A DNA stretch of 64,000 nt from an uncultured Fibrobacterota bacterium (lineage in GTDB: Bacteria > Fibrobacterota > Chitinivibrionia > Chitinivibrionales > FEN-1185), in NCBI GenBank assembly GCA_963753345.1, contig CAVWBU010000035.1:1-64000 (forward strand). Reading direction: 5' to 3'. Shown in pieces: positions 39,497 to 49,965 of this stretch. The notes under the pieces were generated by a model that saw nothing but the letters and a program-made list of their open reading frames with translations, did not search any database and was not told the origin of the DNA. Made by a program: the position numbers and the translations under genes. Every line of letters starts with the position of its first letter. Position 1 is the stretch's first letter.

Positions 39497-40591
39497 TCAA
39501 AGCGCGCCGGGACACCGTTCGCAAACAATCGGAAGGTTCAGACCCGGATCGGATTTGCCGTTAATGCAGCGCCTGGCATAACGGTAGGCTTCATTGTTCC
39601 ACACGCTGCGTATGGTTTCGCGCGAAACATTGCCGAAATGCTTATCGCCCTCATTGTAGCAGCAGGGGTCAATGAGTCCGTTGCAGTTGATCACCATTGC
39701 CCGCCAGGGCCAAAAGCAGTTCTTCTTCATTTTGCTTTTTTGAACAAAAGCTTCTTTAATTTTCTTGCCTTTCTGCATTTGCTCGACAAAATCGGGTCTG
39801 ATAAACCGGGGATCTTTTGCCGGACGGATACTGGCAGTGACAGTGGCATCGGCCGTCCAGTCCGTGATGGGACTGCACAGCCGTACGATATCGGCACCCC
39901 ACTCCTTCCCGGCGGCAACGACCCTTTCGACTTCGTGTTCATTATGCTCGAACACAAGGTATTGCATTTCTATACGCGGCCTTTTTGTTCCAAGCCGTTT
40001 TTTGCAAGCGGCGATTTCTTTCAGGTTCTTCTTGACCGCATCGAGCGATCCGCCCCGGCGATATTGTTCATAGGTCTCCTGCGTCAACCCATCGCAACTT
40101 ACGATCAGATCGTCAAGACCCGAGCGGACCAACGCTTCGGCCCCCGTTTTCGGCAAAACATTAAGATTGCTGCTGACCAGAGTCGCGATCCTTTTTGCGT
40201 GAACGTACGATATCATGGCAATAATATCCTTATGCAGAAAAGGCTCTCCCCATTTATAAAGGTAGATCTTTGCTGCGAAGGGGCTGATCTCATCGACGAT
40301 TTTAGTGAATGTCGCAAGAGACATGACGGTTTTCTCTATGGTCGAGGCATTGAGGCCGGTCGTGCACAGAGGGCACCTGAGGTTGCAGATGTTTGAGGGA
40401 TCGATCATGTAAACATACGGCATCCCGACACAGCGCTCAAAACCTGCGATGCGACACGTTTCCGCCAGAAAAATATTCACCGTTTTCCGAAGGGTCGCAT
40501 AGCGAACGAATTGCCTGCCATGGCGTTTGAGCCGGGACCACTGGTTACGCAGGAGGTGAATCCTGCTTCTTATCACCTTGCCGCTTATCAT
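39497..40591 (-). CDS. Radical SAM/SPASM domain protein
   Basis: CNLRCPLC, WGEPFLH; C-terminal CFWPW...G.I.PCC...GN...W...CERC. Confidence 0.9.
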   Translation of the reverse strand: MISGKVIRSRIHLLRNQWSRLKRHGRQFVRYATLRKTVNIFLAETCRIAGFERCVGMPYVYMIDPSNICNLRCPLCTTGLNASTIEKTVMSLATFTKIVDEISPFAAKIYLYKWGEPFLHKDIIAMISYVHAKRIATLVSSNLNVLPKTGAEALVRSGLDDLIVSCDGLTQETYEQYRRGGSLDAVKKNLKEIAACKKRLGTKRPRIEMQYLVFEHNEHEVERVVAAGKEWGADIVRLCSPITDWTADATVTASIRPAKDPRFIRPDFVEQMQKGKKIKEAFVQKSKMKKNCFWPWRAMVINCNGLIDPCCYNEGDKHFGNVSRETIRSVWNNEAYRYARRCINGKSDPGLNLPIVCERCPGAL

Positions 40592-41083
40592 ACATTTCCT
40601 CAAACATAGGAAAGGGTAAGAAATTGATTTTGTGGCGATACTGTTCGAGCAACAGCGCTCCACGGTCAATTGAATAGATGAGCTGCAAAAATTACTTCAG
40701 GCACATTCGGAACACAGGTTCGTTTATCTTTTTCAATCATTTTTACGGGGAACCTATAAGTTACTTTTTTGGCTAAACATACCGTTTAATAAGCGTTGGG
40801 GCCGGTATTAATTTTCGAAGGATTTTTTGATTATTATAGGTTTCCTATACTTGCATGTAGCTGATAAGTATAGCGTTTTTTCGGAGCGGGTGGGCGTATG
40901 TAAAGAGTTTCTTTACGGGCGCCTATAATTTCAACTATTCTTCCGCCTCCAATGTCTATACAATGAATGGCTTGAAAAAATAGATATTTTGGGGCGATAT
41001 TGTCAAATCTAAAAATGCCGATCTTATGGCTCTGGGTTCAGGCTTAAAAAAATGTTGGACAATAGGTAATATTATACCATTCG

Positions 41084-42514
41084 TTACGATGCCCCGCTCA
41101 TTTGTCGGGACTTCCGGTGTGCCCGTACCCAGTCAGCGCCTCTTTTACCCAGCATGAGTTTCGCTGTTTTCTTTATTGGGGTCATGCACCGGTATTTCAA
41201 TTTCATCAATAAACGATACCCTCGGCCTCTTCCCGATACTTCAATAGGCAAAAGGTCACCAAAAGGGATTGCCGAGTTGTTGCTCCGGGTAATCCTGTCG
41301 CATTTCTTTTTCAGGGAGACATTTTTTAAGACCGATTCCTCATAATATTGTCGGGTTTTTTCTATCCGCTCCTTGTCCAAAAGGTCCAATTCTATGCACC
41401 GGTCGTATAACTTTGTGCCCGGAAAAGGATAGAAGATCGTAAAATAGGCATAATCCGGTTTTACCCGCTTATTAAGCCGTATTGTTTCCCGGGTCAAGGC
41501 ATCGTCATTATCAAACGGATAGCCGATTATATTGAACGAGGCGCGGAATATGCCTGCTTTCCTGAGCAGAGAAAAGGCCAGTTCGATCTGTTCGTTGCTG
41601 TGGAAACGATTGAGATGTTCCCGACGGAAATGGTCGTCCCCGCATTCAATACCCATGGCTACGTATTTGCAGCCGGTTTTTTTGAGATGGCCGGCTATTT
41701 CCGGCGTCACGTATTCGACGCGCGCCATCAGACCATAAGGTACATCGACCTTGTTTTTGACGTTTGAAAACAGTTCCATGGCATTGTCCCGGTCGGCGAG
41801 GATCATTTCGTCGCCAAAATAGAAAAGATGGGGATGATAGGCCTTTTTCAGAAGCTGCAATTCTTCTATCACGCGGTCGATCGGCCGGAACCGGATATAC
41901 TTTTTCCCGTAATATTTTAGATAAATGCCATTGCAGCAATAGGTGCAATTATACGGGCACCCGCGGGACGCCGTCACATACAACAACCCCCCATCAGTCC
42001 CGACAATTGATTCTTTTCTGAAGAAGTGCCATGGAAACTCGGGTAATGTCGAAAGGTCCTCGGGTGGACGCACCTGATTGGAATAGGTCGTTCCGTTTTT
42101 CCGGTAGCAGAGGTTTTGTACATCAAAGAGCGCATCGGTGGCGTAATGGCGCAGGAAATCCTTCACCATGGATTCCCCTTCACCGATACAAAGATAGTCA
42201 ATCTCCGGATAGCGGTCGAGGAGACTCGCTCCCGTTATTGTCGGATGGATTCCGCCTACCAGCACCGGCATATTTTTTGATTTCTTGACTTCATGGATAA
42301 GGGTAAGCGCCATAGGGAAATTCATTGTCATTGCTGAAATCATAAGAATATCATAGCTACCATCAATCACCTTAGCAGCAATAATGCCGATAGCATCATA
42401 ATAACTGTCAAAAAAAGAAACGGGATATCCTGCGGCCAAAAGCGCACCGGCAATATATCCTGCTCCTCTTCCGATAACTGGGGTATCATTCATGAAGACA
42501 AGGGCAACATTCAT
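41084..42514 (-). CDS. B12-binding radical SAM protein (class B methylase-like)
   Basis: GGIHPT, GEGE, ASRGCPYNCTYC, GIECG, PFPGT.LY. Confidence 0.9.
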   Translation of the reverse strand: MNVALVFMNDTPVIGRGAGYIAGALLAAGYPVSFFDSYYDAIGIIAAKVIDGSYDILMISAMTMNFPMALTLIHEVKKSKNMPVLVGGIHPTITGASLLDRYPEIDYLCIGEGESMVKDFLRHYATDALFDVQNLCYRKNGTTYSNQVRPPEDLSTLPEFPWHFFRKESIVGTDGGLLYVTASRGCPYNCTYCCNGIYLKYYGKKYIRFRPIDRVIEELQLLKKAYHPHLFYFGDEMILADRDNAMELFSNVKNKVDVPYGLMARVEYVTPEIAGHLKKTGCKYVAMGIECGDDHFRREHLNRFHSNEQIELAFSLLRKAGIFRASFNIIGYPFDNDDALTRETIRLNKRVKPDYAYFTIFYPFPGTKLYDRCIELDLLDKERIEKTRQYYEESVLKNVSLKKKCDRITRSNNSAIPFGDLLPIEVSGRGRGYRLLMKLKYRCMTPIKKTAKLMLGKRGADWVRAHRKSRQMSGAS

Positions 42515-42584
42515 TCCACGCTCCTGATAGTTATTATTTTGAAACACATCCGATCAGTTTGCCGTTTTCTTGAACAATCTGATG

Positions 42585-43735
42585 CCGAACCGAAACAACT
42601 CCTCCAATGATGATAATCCACATAAGGTGTTTTTGCATATTATTATTCAGCATTATCTGCGCGCCGAAGATGTTATCAATAAAAACAATGAGCGGCAAGA
42701 ACGACATGATTCTGACCAGGGTGGCTATTTCTTTCGAATGGTGTCCGCTTATCAGCAGCACTAAGATGTCCGCAGACAAAAAGCACGATGCAGATGAACC
42801 CGAATACGAGCGTACCTAAGGCGAGCGTTTTTTTCAGGAATCGCATGGCCCGTTCCCGTGATTCATTGAACAACAGGCCGATCCTTGGGAAAATGGCGCT
42901 TCCAGGGGCCCTGCAAGGCTGATGGCCGCCCGGACGATCTTTCGGCAACGGCATATATTCCGACGATCCGGTTGCCGGCAAACAACCCGAGCAGGAAAGT
43001 GTCGGTATTCGTGTACAGCGAAACGGACAGCTGCATGATAAATATCCGGAATCCGTCCAGTATACATTCTTTACAGAAAACAGATTTCGGAAACACCGGA
43101 TGAATTTTGAACTTTACCATGACAATGATACCGCTGCCAATGCCTATCGCCTATGTTCCCGCGGTGCCGAGGTAGACGAACCACATATAATCGCGAGAAC
43201 TTTTTATGAGCAGGAAATACAAGACCGTGGTTGCCAGTCGGGACAATAGATTGAATAGGGTAATGTATCCCATCGCCTCCATGCCCTGAAAAAACCAGAT
43301 GGGAAATAATATGCTTCCAACAGACGCCGGGAAGAACCAGAAGTAAAAAGGCGCCTCACTATGAAACCGCGGGATTCCGAGAAGCAGAGGGATAAATACC
43401 GCCAGACAGGCAATCGCCAGGCAGAGTTTAACGAATAGAACGGAATAAAAATACTGTGAAAGCCACTTTACATCCGCCCGATGCAGTGAAACTGCTCTTG
43501 TCGCGGAAAGGTTGAATCCATAATCCACGACAATCTGAAAATACGCCATGAGAGAACCGGCAAATGCTACAAACCCGAAGATTTCGGTTCCCAGGACACG
43601 GACAAGATAGGGTATGGTGATTATTGGTAAAAGGTAGTTAACGCCCTGAATGACATATAGGTACGCCGTATTGCTGAGCAGTTTCCTGTTTTCTTTGGAA
43701 TCCCCAACTCCGGCCAGTCGAAACGGTATCCGCAT
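42585..43735 (-). pseudogene. wzx: Degraded Wzx flippase
   Basis: Fragments 43151..43735, 42863..43120, 42676..42981 and 42534..42779 are collinear with the intact 53086..54336. In-frame TAG at 43151, several frameshifts, 3' truncation. Confidence 0.85.
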
Positions 43736-44503
43736 TATTTTCCGTGGTACAATGGATTGTGAGTTTACAATACTATCATAAACGAATTATTTTCAAGTTG
43801 ACAAATACCATTTTAGAAACAAATCGTCCCGGATATGCAGGAAGAACATCTAAAGATAAAGCATGTGTAAGGGCGGACTATATTTTAAGCGCGCTGGTAT
43901 GCAGGAAAAAAGAAACCATGAAGTGTTGCTATGGTTTTTTTTCCTGAACTGAATGATCTTTCCTGCAGAAGTTGGCTCAAGGGCAGTCTCTTTCCCGGTC
44001 CCGGTATCGTTTTTTTTGAGGCTCACCTTGAGGATCCGGTATTCGCGGCTGCTTCCGGGGTCCTGGAAACGGCGTTTGGCCACATAGGGCGGCTGGAGCT
44101 TGAAGATTTGGGGGCGAGGGCGGGAACGCGGCCAGGCCTCGCGAAATGCATCCAGAGCCATTTGCCCGTGGATTTTGACTCGTCGTCAAGAGCATAGCCA
44201 GGCAGATCCAGTACCCCTAGAAACTCCAGCCCCCATCTTCCGATAGTATCTTTCCCTCAAGCAGTTCACGACCCAGCAGGCAGAAAGATCGCCGTCGTGC
44301 GGAAATTCAACAACAATATCGTTGTAATATGGTCAGCATTCCAGGAAAAAGATGGCTGTTGTCCGGATATCCGCTATTCAATTATATGGTGCTGTTGCCG
44401 GTTCTGCTTTTTTTCCCCGCTTCAACGCCGACATCGACACAAACGGGAAATGCCGGTAGCAGCCCCCCCCAGTGGTTTTTGTTGGGTATGTGAATTTTTG
44501 GAA

Positions 44504-44574
44504 AGTTAACCTTCAAGCTCACCGGCGGCTTTGGAGCGCAGTGGAAAAGCCGCCGGTGGAGCGCCTTGTTATGC
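44504..44574 (-). mobile_element. Integron attC site
   Basis: GCATAAC-aaggc-GCTC(C)ACCGGCGGCTTT...AAAGCCGCCGGTGAGC-ttgaag-GTTAACT directly after the stop codon; the extra base in L'' is present. Confidence 0.85.
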
Positions 44575-45375
44575 CTAATTGGACTTCTGGAAGTACAAAT
44601 AGACACCTAATTCTCCCCCATGATCCGTGAATCTCACGTAAATATTGTGTATGCCTGCTGATTGTATCAGGAAAAAAAGTTCATTTACATTGTATGGGTT
44701 CATCTGCATTTCTGGATCTTGACGGGGAGACTCACTAATTACCGCACTACTGACAAGTCGCTTTACAATCTCCACCAAAGTCCTGACACGTCGCCTTACT
44801 TTTTTTTTCAATTTCTTAATGGGTAATTCTACAGGAGGTACACCATGGTTCTCTCTAAAAACGGTCTTCGAGTATGTGATTTGAATAGCGCAAATACCTC
44901 CCTCTTTCAAATGGTTAAGAAGGTTAGTGAAAATACGCCTTCCCCTCTCAATAGGGATATGCTGAAAAACGATAAAGGAATGTATTAGATCAAATTCCCC
45001 GTCCAAGGAAGACAGGTTATCATCAGACTTAAGCAAGCTGACATTTTGTGCAGAGTATTCATTACAGTTCTTGCGTGCCTCTTTCAACATTGAATCTGAG
45101 ACATCAAGTCCCACCACATGTTCTGCTATTTCGGCAAATGGTATGACAAGCCTTCCAACCCCGCAGCCGAAATCCAGAACTTTTTTTGGGGAAAAGCCTT
45201 GATCGAAATGGCGCCTGCAGACCTCTAAGACAAAGTTAATGTCCCTCTTCCCAGATTCAAAAAACTCCCTTTTAGCCTCTTCGGTAAGGTTCTTACTCCG
45301 AAACTTTTCGAGGGTAATCACGCCGAAATAAGGGTCGTTCTTACCCCACTTGTCCCATTCCACATCTGTGTTCAT
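44575..45375 (-). CDS. Class I SAM-dependent methyltransferase (gene cassette)
   Basis: VLDFGCGVGR, GLDVS, FDLIHS.IVFQHI, LK.GG; bounded by attC sites. Confidence 0.9.
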   Translation of the reverse strand: MNTDVEWDKWGKNDPYFGVITLEKFRSKNLTEEAKREFFESGKRDINFVLEVCRRHFDQGFSPKKVLDFGCGVGRLVIPFAEIAEHVVGLDVSDSMLKEARKNCNEYSAQNVSLLKSDDNLSSLDGEFDLIHSFIVFQHIPIERGRRIFTNLLNHLKEGGICAIQITYSKTVFRENHGVPPVELPIKKLKKKVRRRVRTLVEIVKRLVSSAVISESPRQDPEMQMNPYNVNELFFLIQSAGIHNIYVRFTDHGGELGVYLYFQKSN

Positions 45376-45394
45376 ATCGTTCCTTTCTTGAGAG

Positions 45395-45488
45395 GTATAA
45401 CGACAGAGTCAAGCAGCGAGGCCAGAAATAATAAATTTATGATCCTATGGCCTTCTCTGACCAAGTCAGCTTGAATGACTTGTTGTGC
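45395..45488 (-). mobile_element. Integron attC site
   Basis: GCACAAC-aagtc-ATTCAAGCTGAC...TCGCTGCTTGACT-ctgtc-GTTATAC, 19 nt upstream of the methyltransferase ATG. Confidence 0.75.
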
Positions 45489-45499
45489 GGCAATGTATT

Positions 45500-45705
45500 T
45501 CATATGCCATCAACAATTATTATTTAACCAATTGCAGCATTTTCACGAATACTCTTCTTTTGTACTCATCTGAATAATAAGAACGTTTTACGCTTTCTAT
45601 AGAATCAAATTCAATCATTATTATTCTTCGATTTTCATTAGGACCTTCTAATGTTATTGATTTCTCTGTTCTCACTTTTACATTTCCATTATTAAAGTAA
45701 ATTGT
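45500..45705 (-). pseudogene. DUF1330-family cassette remnant
   Basis: 'GNVKVR....TLEG....RIIMIEFDS.E.....Y.SDEY', and in a shifted frame 'RENAAIG*IIIVDGI*', ending just before the attC. Confidence 0.6.
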
Positions 45706-45842
45706 CCTACGAAATCCTTGCTGAACGCGATTGAGGAGGATGAAACAGTACGGCACGATCAGCAAGAAGCAAAACTTCAATGAATTCAAAACATGAAGTT
45801 GGCCGTTTGGATTTGAATCCCGGGAGAAGCCGGGAAGAGTAG

Positions 45843-46811
45843 TCATAGTGGAATTTTTTGCCGATTCTGGAATTCGAAAAACTCTTTTCTGCGGTCAAGA
45901 AACTTTCTCGTGTACTTTTTTCGTAAACTTGTGTATTTTGCAAGGCCAATCAATCCATCCCATTTAGCTTTTAGGTACAGTAACGGTGTGCTTCCCCTAA
46001 GAAAATGGTATTTGATAATACGCAGTTCATGCTTAACAATAGGTACAATATGTTCCAGAAAAACAGAAAGAGGATAGTACTTGAATAAAGACCACATTTT
46101 GTTTCTTTCAGAATAATAGAGCCACATTCCTTTTCTTTTTTTGAAGCTTGCACCATCCTTGTGATACACCACCGCCTGCGGAGCGTAGAGACATTTCCAT
46201 CCGCCCAGAAACAACCGCATGCAAAGATCCGTTTCGTCGTGATAGGCAAAAAAGTTCCTGTCAAATCCTCCCAGCTTGATGAATAGGTCTCTGCGGTAAA
46301 TTGCAGATCCGCCGTTAACAGAGATCACATAACCCGGAACAGCCAGCGATGAATGAATATCGTAACTGTCCCCGTGTCCGATTCTTTCAAAAGTCAATTC
46401 AGGGGAAGGATAGTGGAAAAACCCATCTCCAATGGAATGATCATAGTAACTCATCTGTCGGCAGCCGACAACAGCTAAGAGATCGTCATTTTCGAAATAT
46501 TCAACCGGCTTTTCAAGCCAATCCGGTTCGACAATAACATCGTTATTCAAAGTTACGACATACTTACCCTTTGAGAGCTCGATGCCCTTGTTGTTACCTT
46601 CTGCATAACCGAGGTTCTTCCCATTTTCCAGAATAAGCACTGAAGGGTACACAGATTTGACATAATCAACAGAACCGTCAGTCGAGCCGTTATCGACGAA
46701 AATAATTTCTAACGGTGCATACGTTGATCTTAGAACAGAGTCCAGACACTCCCGGAGATATTCTTTGCCATTCCAGTTTAAGATTACGACTGAAACAAGA
46801 GGTGAATTCAT
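45843..46811 (-). CDS. Glycosyltransferase family 2
   Basis: VSVVILNWNG, VDNGSTDGS, NLGYAEGNN, LNND, GGFD..FFAY.DETD. Confidence 0.93.
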   Translation of the reverse strand: MNSPLVSVVILNWNGKEYLRECLDSVLRSTYAPLEIIFVDNGSTDGSVDYVKSVYPSVLILENGKNLGYAEGNNKGIELSKGKYVVTLNNDVIVEPDWLEKPVEYFENDDLLAVVGCRQMSYYDHSIGDGFFHYPSPELTFERIGHGDSYDIHSSLAVPGYVISVNGGSAIYRRDLFIKLGGFDRNFFAYHDETDLCMRLFLGGWKCLYAPQAVVYHKDGASFKKRKGMWLYYSERNKMWSLFKYYPLSVFLEHIVPIVKHELRIIKYHFLRGSTPLLYLKAKWDGLIGLAKYTSLRKKYTRKFLDRRKEFFEFQNRQKIPL

Positions 46812-47512
46812 AGTTGAAATGGTCAGAGGCAGCACTTTTTCAAGCTGTCTCTGATATCCGTAATTTTCCACCTAAACCAGATTTTTGGGGAAGTTTTTAC
46901 AGAACGCAAAACGTGCAGGATGCTTATCACCAGGATGATGGCTAGTTCCAGGTTCAGGCTGTTCATAAAGAGTCTTGCGTTAACAAACTGTTCTCACATC
47001 TATTGAGGGTCTTAGTTTCCAGGAGTACAGCCGAGGTATTCGGGAAAGAATTTAGGGTAAGGTCCCTTATTCTTTAAAAATACAACAGGTACTATTGAAG
47101 CGGCAAACAGAAATCATTACTGATTTTTTCACAACTAACAATCCCGACCGAAATCAACCTGTTCCCATTCCGGGCAGTTCTGACTAACGAATCTCCAAAA
47201 GTCGGAGGTCAAATATAATTATATTTGTAAGCAAATATAAACAATCTGCGCCGCAGTTGCCCGGGCCAAACGGATTTATTCACTGAATAAGAATTCTTGT
47301 AATCTCCTCAAATCCTAGAATCTCTGGTTTATTACCGGGCAACTGCTGAAGGTAGGTCTATTGTGGGCTGGGAAGGATTGTAGATTTCAAGGGGACTTGT
47401 GAGTTTTTGCAGGCGGCACAAATGATTTTAAGGAAGAGATCGAATATTGTTTTCGTGGTAGCCGACCCGGAAGGCAGAAATAGTGACTTGAAGGCATCGA
47501 CGACGCGTAAAT

Positions 47513-48838
47513 GTGTCGATCGAAACCTCACTACTTAAAATAGGTAATTCATCCGTGCAGACCAACGGTGGCTTCAATAAGTGGCTGTATCGTACTGCCT
47601 ACCGACTAAAGGCCTTATCTCACGTTCACGCCATTATCCCGGTTAAAATACGAAAGAAGATTGCTGCCGCTCTTTTCCGCCGAGCATTCGTATACGACAG
47701 TTCGGCAACAGCGGCCCGTGGGGTGATGTCGAGTCTTCCATACGGCATTAATCTTATTGGAAACTTGTGTGCTGAACTCGGTATTGGCGAGGGGGCTCGT
47801 GCAACGCTGCGATCTTGCAAGGCTGCAAGAGTTCCGACAGCGGCGATTAATTTCACGAAAGGTTTTCTGTCGCGGCTCGAAGAGGAAATGCCGGATGGTT
47901 TCGAACACGACCCGAAATTTGGCGTGACGCTGTGGTTCCTCAATGCCGAGCAAATACCCCGTGCCGTTGCAGATCACGAAGCCGCCCTACAGGGACGCTA
48001 CAACATCGCGCATTGGAGTTGGGAACTGCCGGAGCTTCCTGATTCATGGCTCGAATGCACGCGGTTTCTTAATGAAGTCTGGGCGCCGAGCCAGTTTTGC
48101 GCAACCGCGTTCAGCCGGAAACTGAAGATTCCCGTTACATATATTCCTTACGGGATTGATGTTGAGGTTCCGCTCGGCATCGGTCGTCGTGAACTTAGCA
48201 TCCCAGAAAACGGTTTTATTTTTCTCTACATGTTTGATGCATTGAGCACGCCGGAAAGAAAAAATCCCATGGCTCTCGTCGAAGCGTATATTCGCGCATT
48301 ACCATCGTTTCAGGGAAAAACGTATCTGATCTTGAAGATGATTAACGGTGAAAGAGAAACTGAAGTGAAGCACCAGCTTAACGCCGCGATGAACCGCGAG
48401 CCGTCCATTGTTTCGACCGACCGGTATCTTCATCGGCCCGAACTCAACGCGCTTTTCAATGCGGCCGACTGCTACGTCTCGCTTCACCGATCCGAAGGGT
48501 TTGGCTTTACGATTGCGGAATCGATGTTCCTCGGCAAGCCGGTGATTGCGACTGGCTGGTCGAGCAACATGGAATTCATGACGCCGTGGAATTCGGTTCC
48601 GGTCCCCTACCGGCTCGTGCAACTCGACCGTGATTATGTTCATTACCCGCGCGGACAATGGTGGGCTGATCCCGACGTGGATGCCGCCGCCGCCGCGATG
48701 GTCCGTGTGGCAAACGATCCGGACTTTGCGCACGCGCTCGGCGCGCAGGCAGCACTGGACATTCGCGAAAAATATTCTCCGGAAGCCGTAGGCAAAATCA
48801 TTCGCGCGAGGCTGGATGTGGTGACGAATCGAAGGTAA
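47513..48838 (+). CDS. Glycosyltransferase family 4
   Basis: G.GEGAR, W.WEL, EVWAPS.F, RKNP, SLHRSEGFG..IAE.M..GKPVIATGWS.N. Confidence 0.9.
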   Translation: MSIETSLLKIGNSSVQTNGGFNKWLYRTAYRLKALSHVHAIIPVKIRKKIAAALFRRAFVYDSSATAARGVMSSLPYGINLIGNLCAELGIGEGARATLRSCKAARVPTAAINFTKGFLSRLEEEMPDGFEHDPKFGVTLWFLNAEQIPRAVADHEAALQGRYNIAHWSWELPELPDSWLECTRFLNEVWAPSQFCATAFSRKLKIPVTYIPYGIDVEVPLGIGRRELSIPENGFIFLYMFDALSTPERKNPMALVEAYIRALPSFQGKTYLILKMINGERETEVKHQLNAAMNREPSIVSTDRYLHRPELNALFNAADCYVSLHRSEGFGFTIAESMFLGKPVIATGWSSNMEFMTPWNSVPVPYRLVQLDRDYVHYPRGQWWADPDVDAAAAAMVRVANDPDFAHALGAQAALDIREKYSPEAVGKIIRARLDVVTNRR

Positions 48839-48888
48839 TGATCTGAAGAAAAGCCGATAAGATACACTAATATGCCTGATCCAGAAAC

Positions 48889-49890
48889 ATGAACAGCGTG
48901 AGCGAAAATCCCGAAACGAGCGTTATCGTCATCAACATGAATGGCTTGCAGTTTCTGAAAGCCTGCTTTTCCGCGCTGGGAACACAAACCTATTCGGACT
49001 TTGAGACCCTTCTTGTTGATAACGGCTCAAAGGATGGGTCGATCGAATTTGTGAAGGAGAACTTTCCTCATGTAATTGTTGTGGCATTGGGCCGCAATTT
49101 CGGCTTTGGCGGCGGAAACAACAAAGGAATCCTTGCTGCAAGGGGAAAATACATCGTTCTCTTGAATAACGATACGGAAGTAGAGCCAAACTGGCTCGCC
49201 GAACTGGTGCGCGGCATCGCGTCGGATCCCAAAGTTGCTATGTGTGCTTCGAAGCTTGTGTTTGCTGATAATCCCGGTATAGTAGATTCGGCAGGTGACG
49301 AAATTGCCTGGTTCGGCCAAACCTTCACCTATCGATATTATCCGGCCGAACATCCAGATGTCATCAACCCTCGTCGCTGTTTCTCTGCATGCGCCGGCGC
49401 TGCATTATACCGCCGTGATGTGTTGGACGAGATAGGTCTGTTTGAGGAAATCTACAGTCCCATTTACTACGAAGATGTGGACCTCGGTTTCAGGGCGCAA
49501 CTGCGAGGCTATGAGTGCCTGTACTGCCCTTCTGCCGTAGTGCGGCATAAGGTGTCGGCAACAATGAAACGTAATGGTGAGCGCTATATCTATCTCAACC
49601 AGAGAAACATTGAGTATCTATTACTTGTCAATTATCCAATCTTCCTGCTTGTCTGCTGTCTCCCTTTGCATCTGCTCTACATGGGGGCCAGCTTTCTGGC
49701 TCACCTGATTCGCGGCGAAGGAGTTCCCTATGTGCGGGCAAAAATCGAGGTCCTCCGTACAATGCCGGCGGTCTTGAGAAAGCGATCGCAGGTCCAGCAG
49801 AAACGCGTGTTACCTGTCCAAGAGCTTCGAAAAAGGTTTTTTAAGGGATGGTTCCGGCATAAGCTATCCTATGTTTCCAAGAAACGATAG
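48889..49890 (+). CDS. Glycosyltransferase family 2
   Basis: VDNGSKDGS, NFGFGGGNN, LLNNDTEV, YYEDVDLGFR. Confidence 0.93.
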   Translation: MNSVSENPETSVIVINMNGLQFLKACFSALGTQTYSDFETLLVDNGSKDGSIEFVKENFPHVIVVALGRNFGFGGGNNKGILAARGKYIVLLNNDTEVEPNWLAELVRGIASDPKVAMCASKLVFADNPGIVDSAGDEIAWFGQTFTYRYYPAEHPDVINPRRCFSACAGAALYRRDVLDEIGLFEEIYSPIYYEDVDLGFRAQLRGYECLYCPSAVVRHKVSATMKRNGERYIYLNQRNIEYLLLVNYPIFLLVCCLPLHLLYMGASFLAHLIRGEGVPYVRAKIEVLRTMPAVLRKRSQVQQKRVLPVQELRKRFFKGWFRHKLSYVSKKR

Positions 49891-49965
49891 CCAATGAACC
49901 TCGCTTCCGTTTTTATGACTAGGCCATTATCAAAAAGTAGTCCTGCAAAACAGCGATGTTCATTG

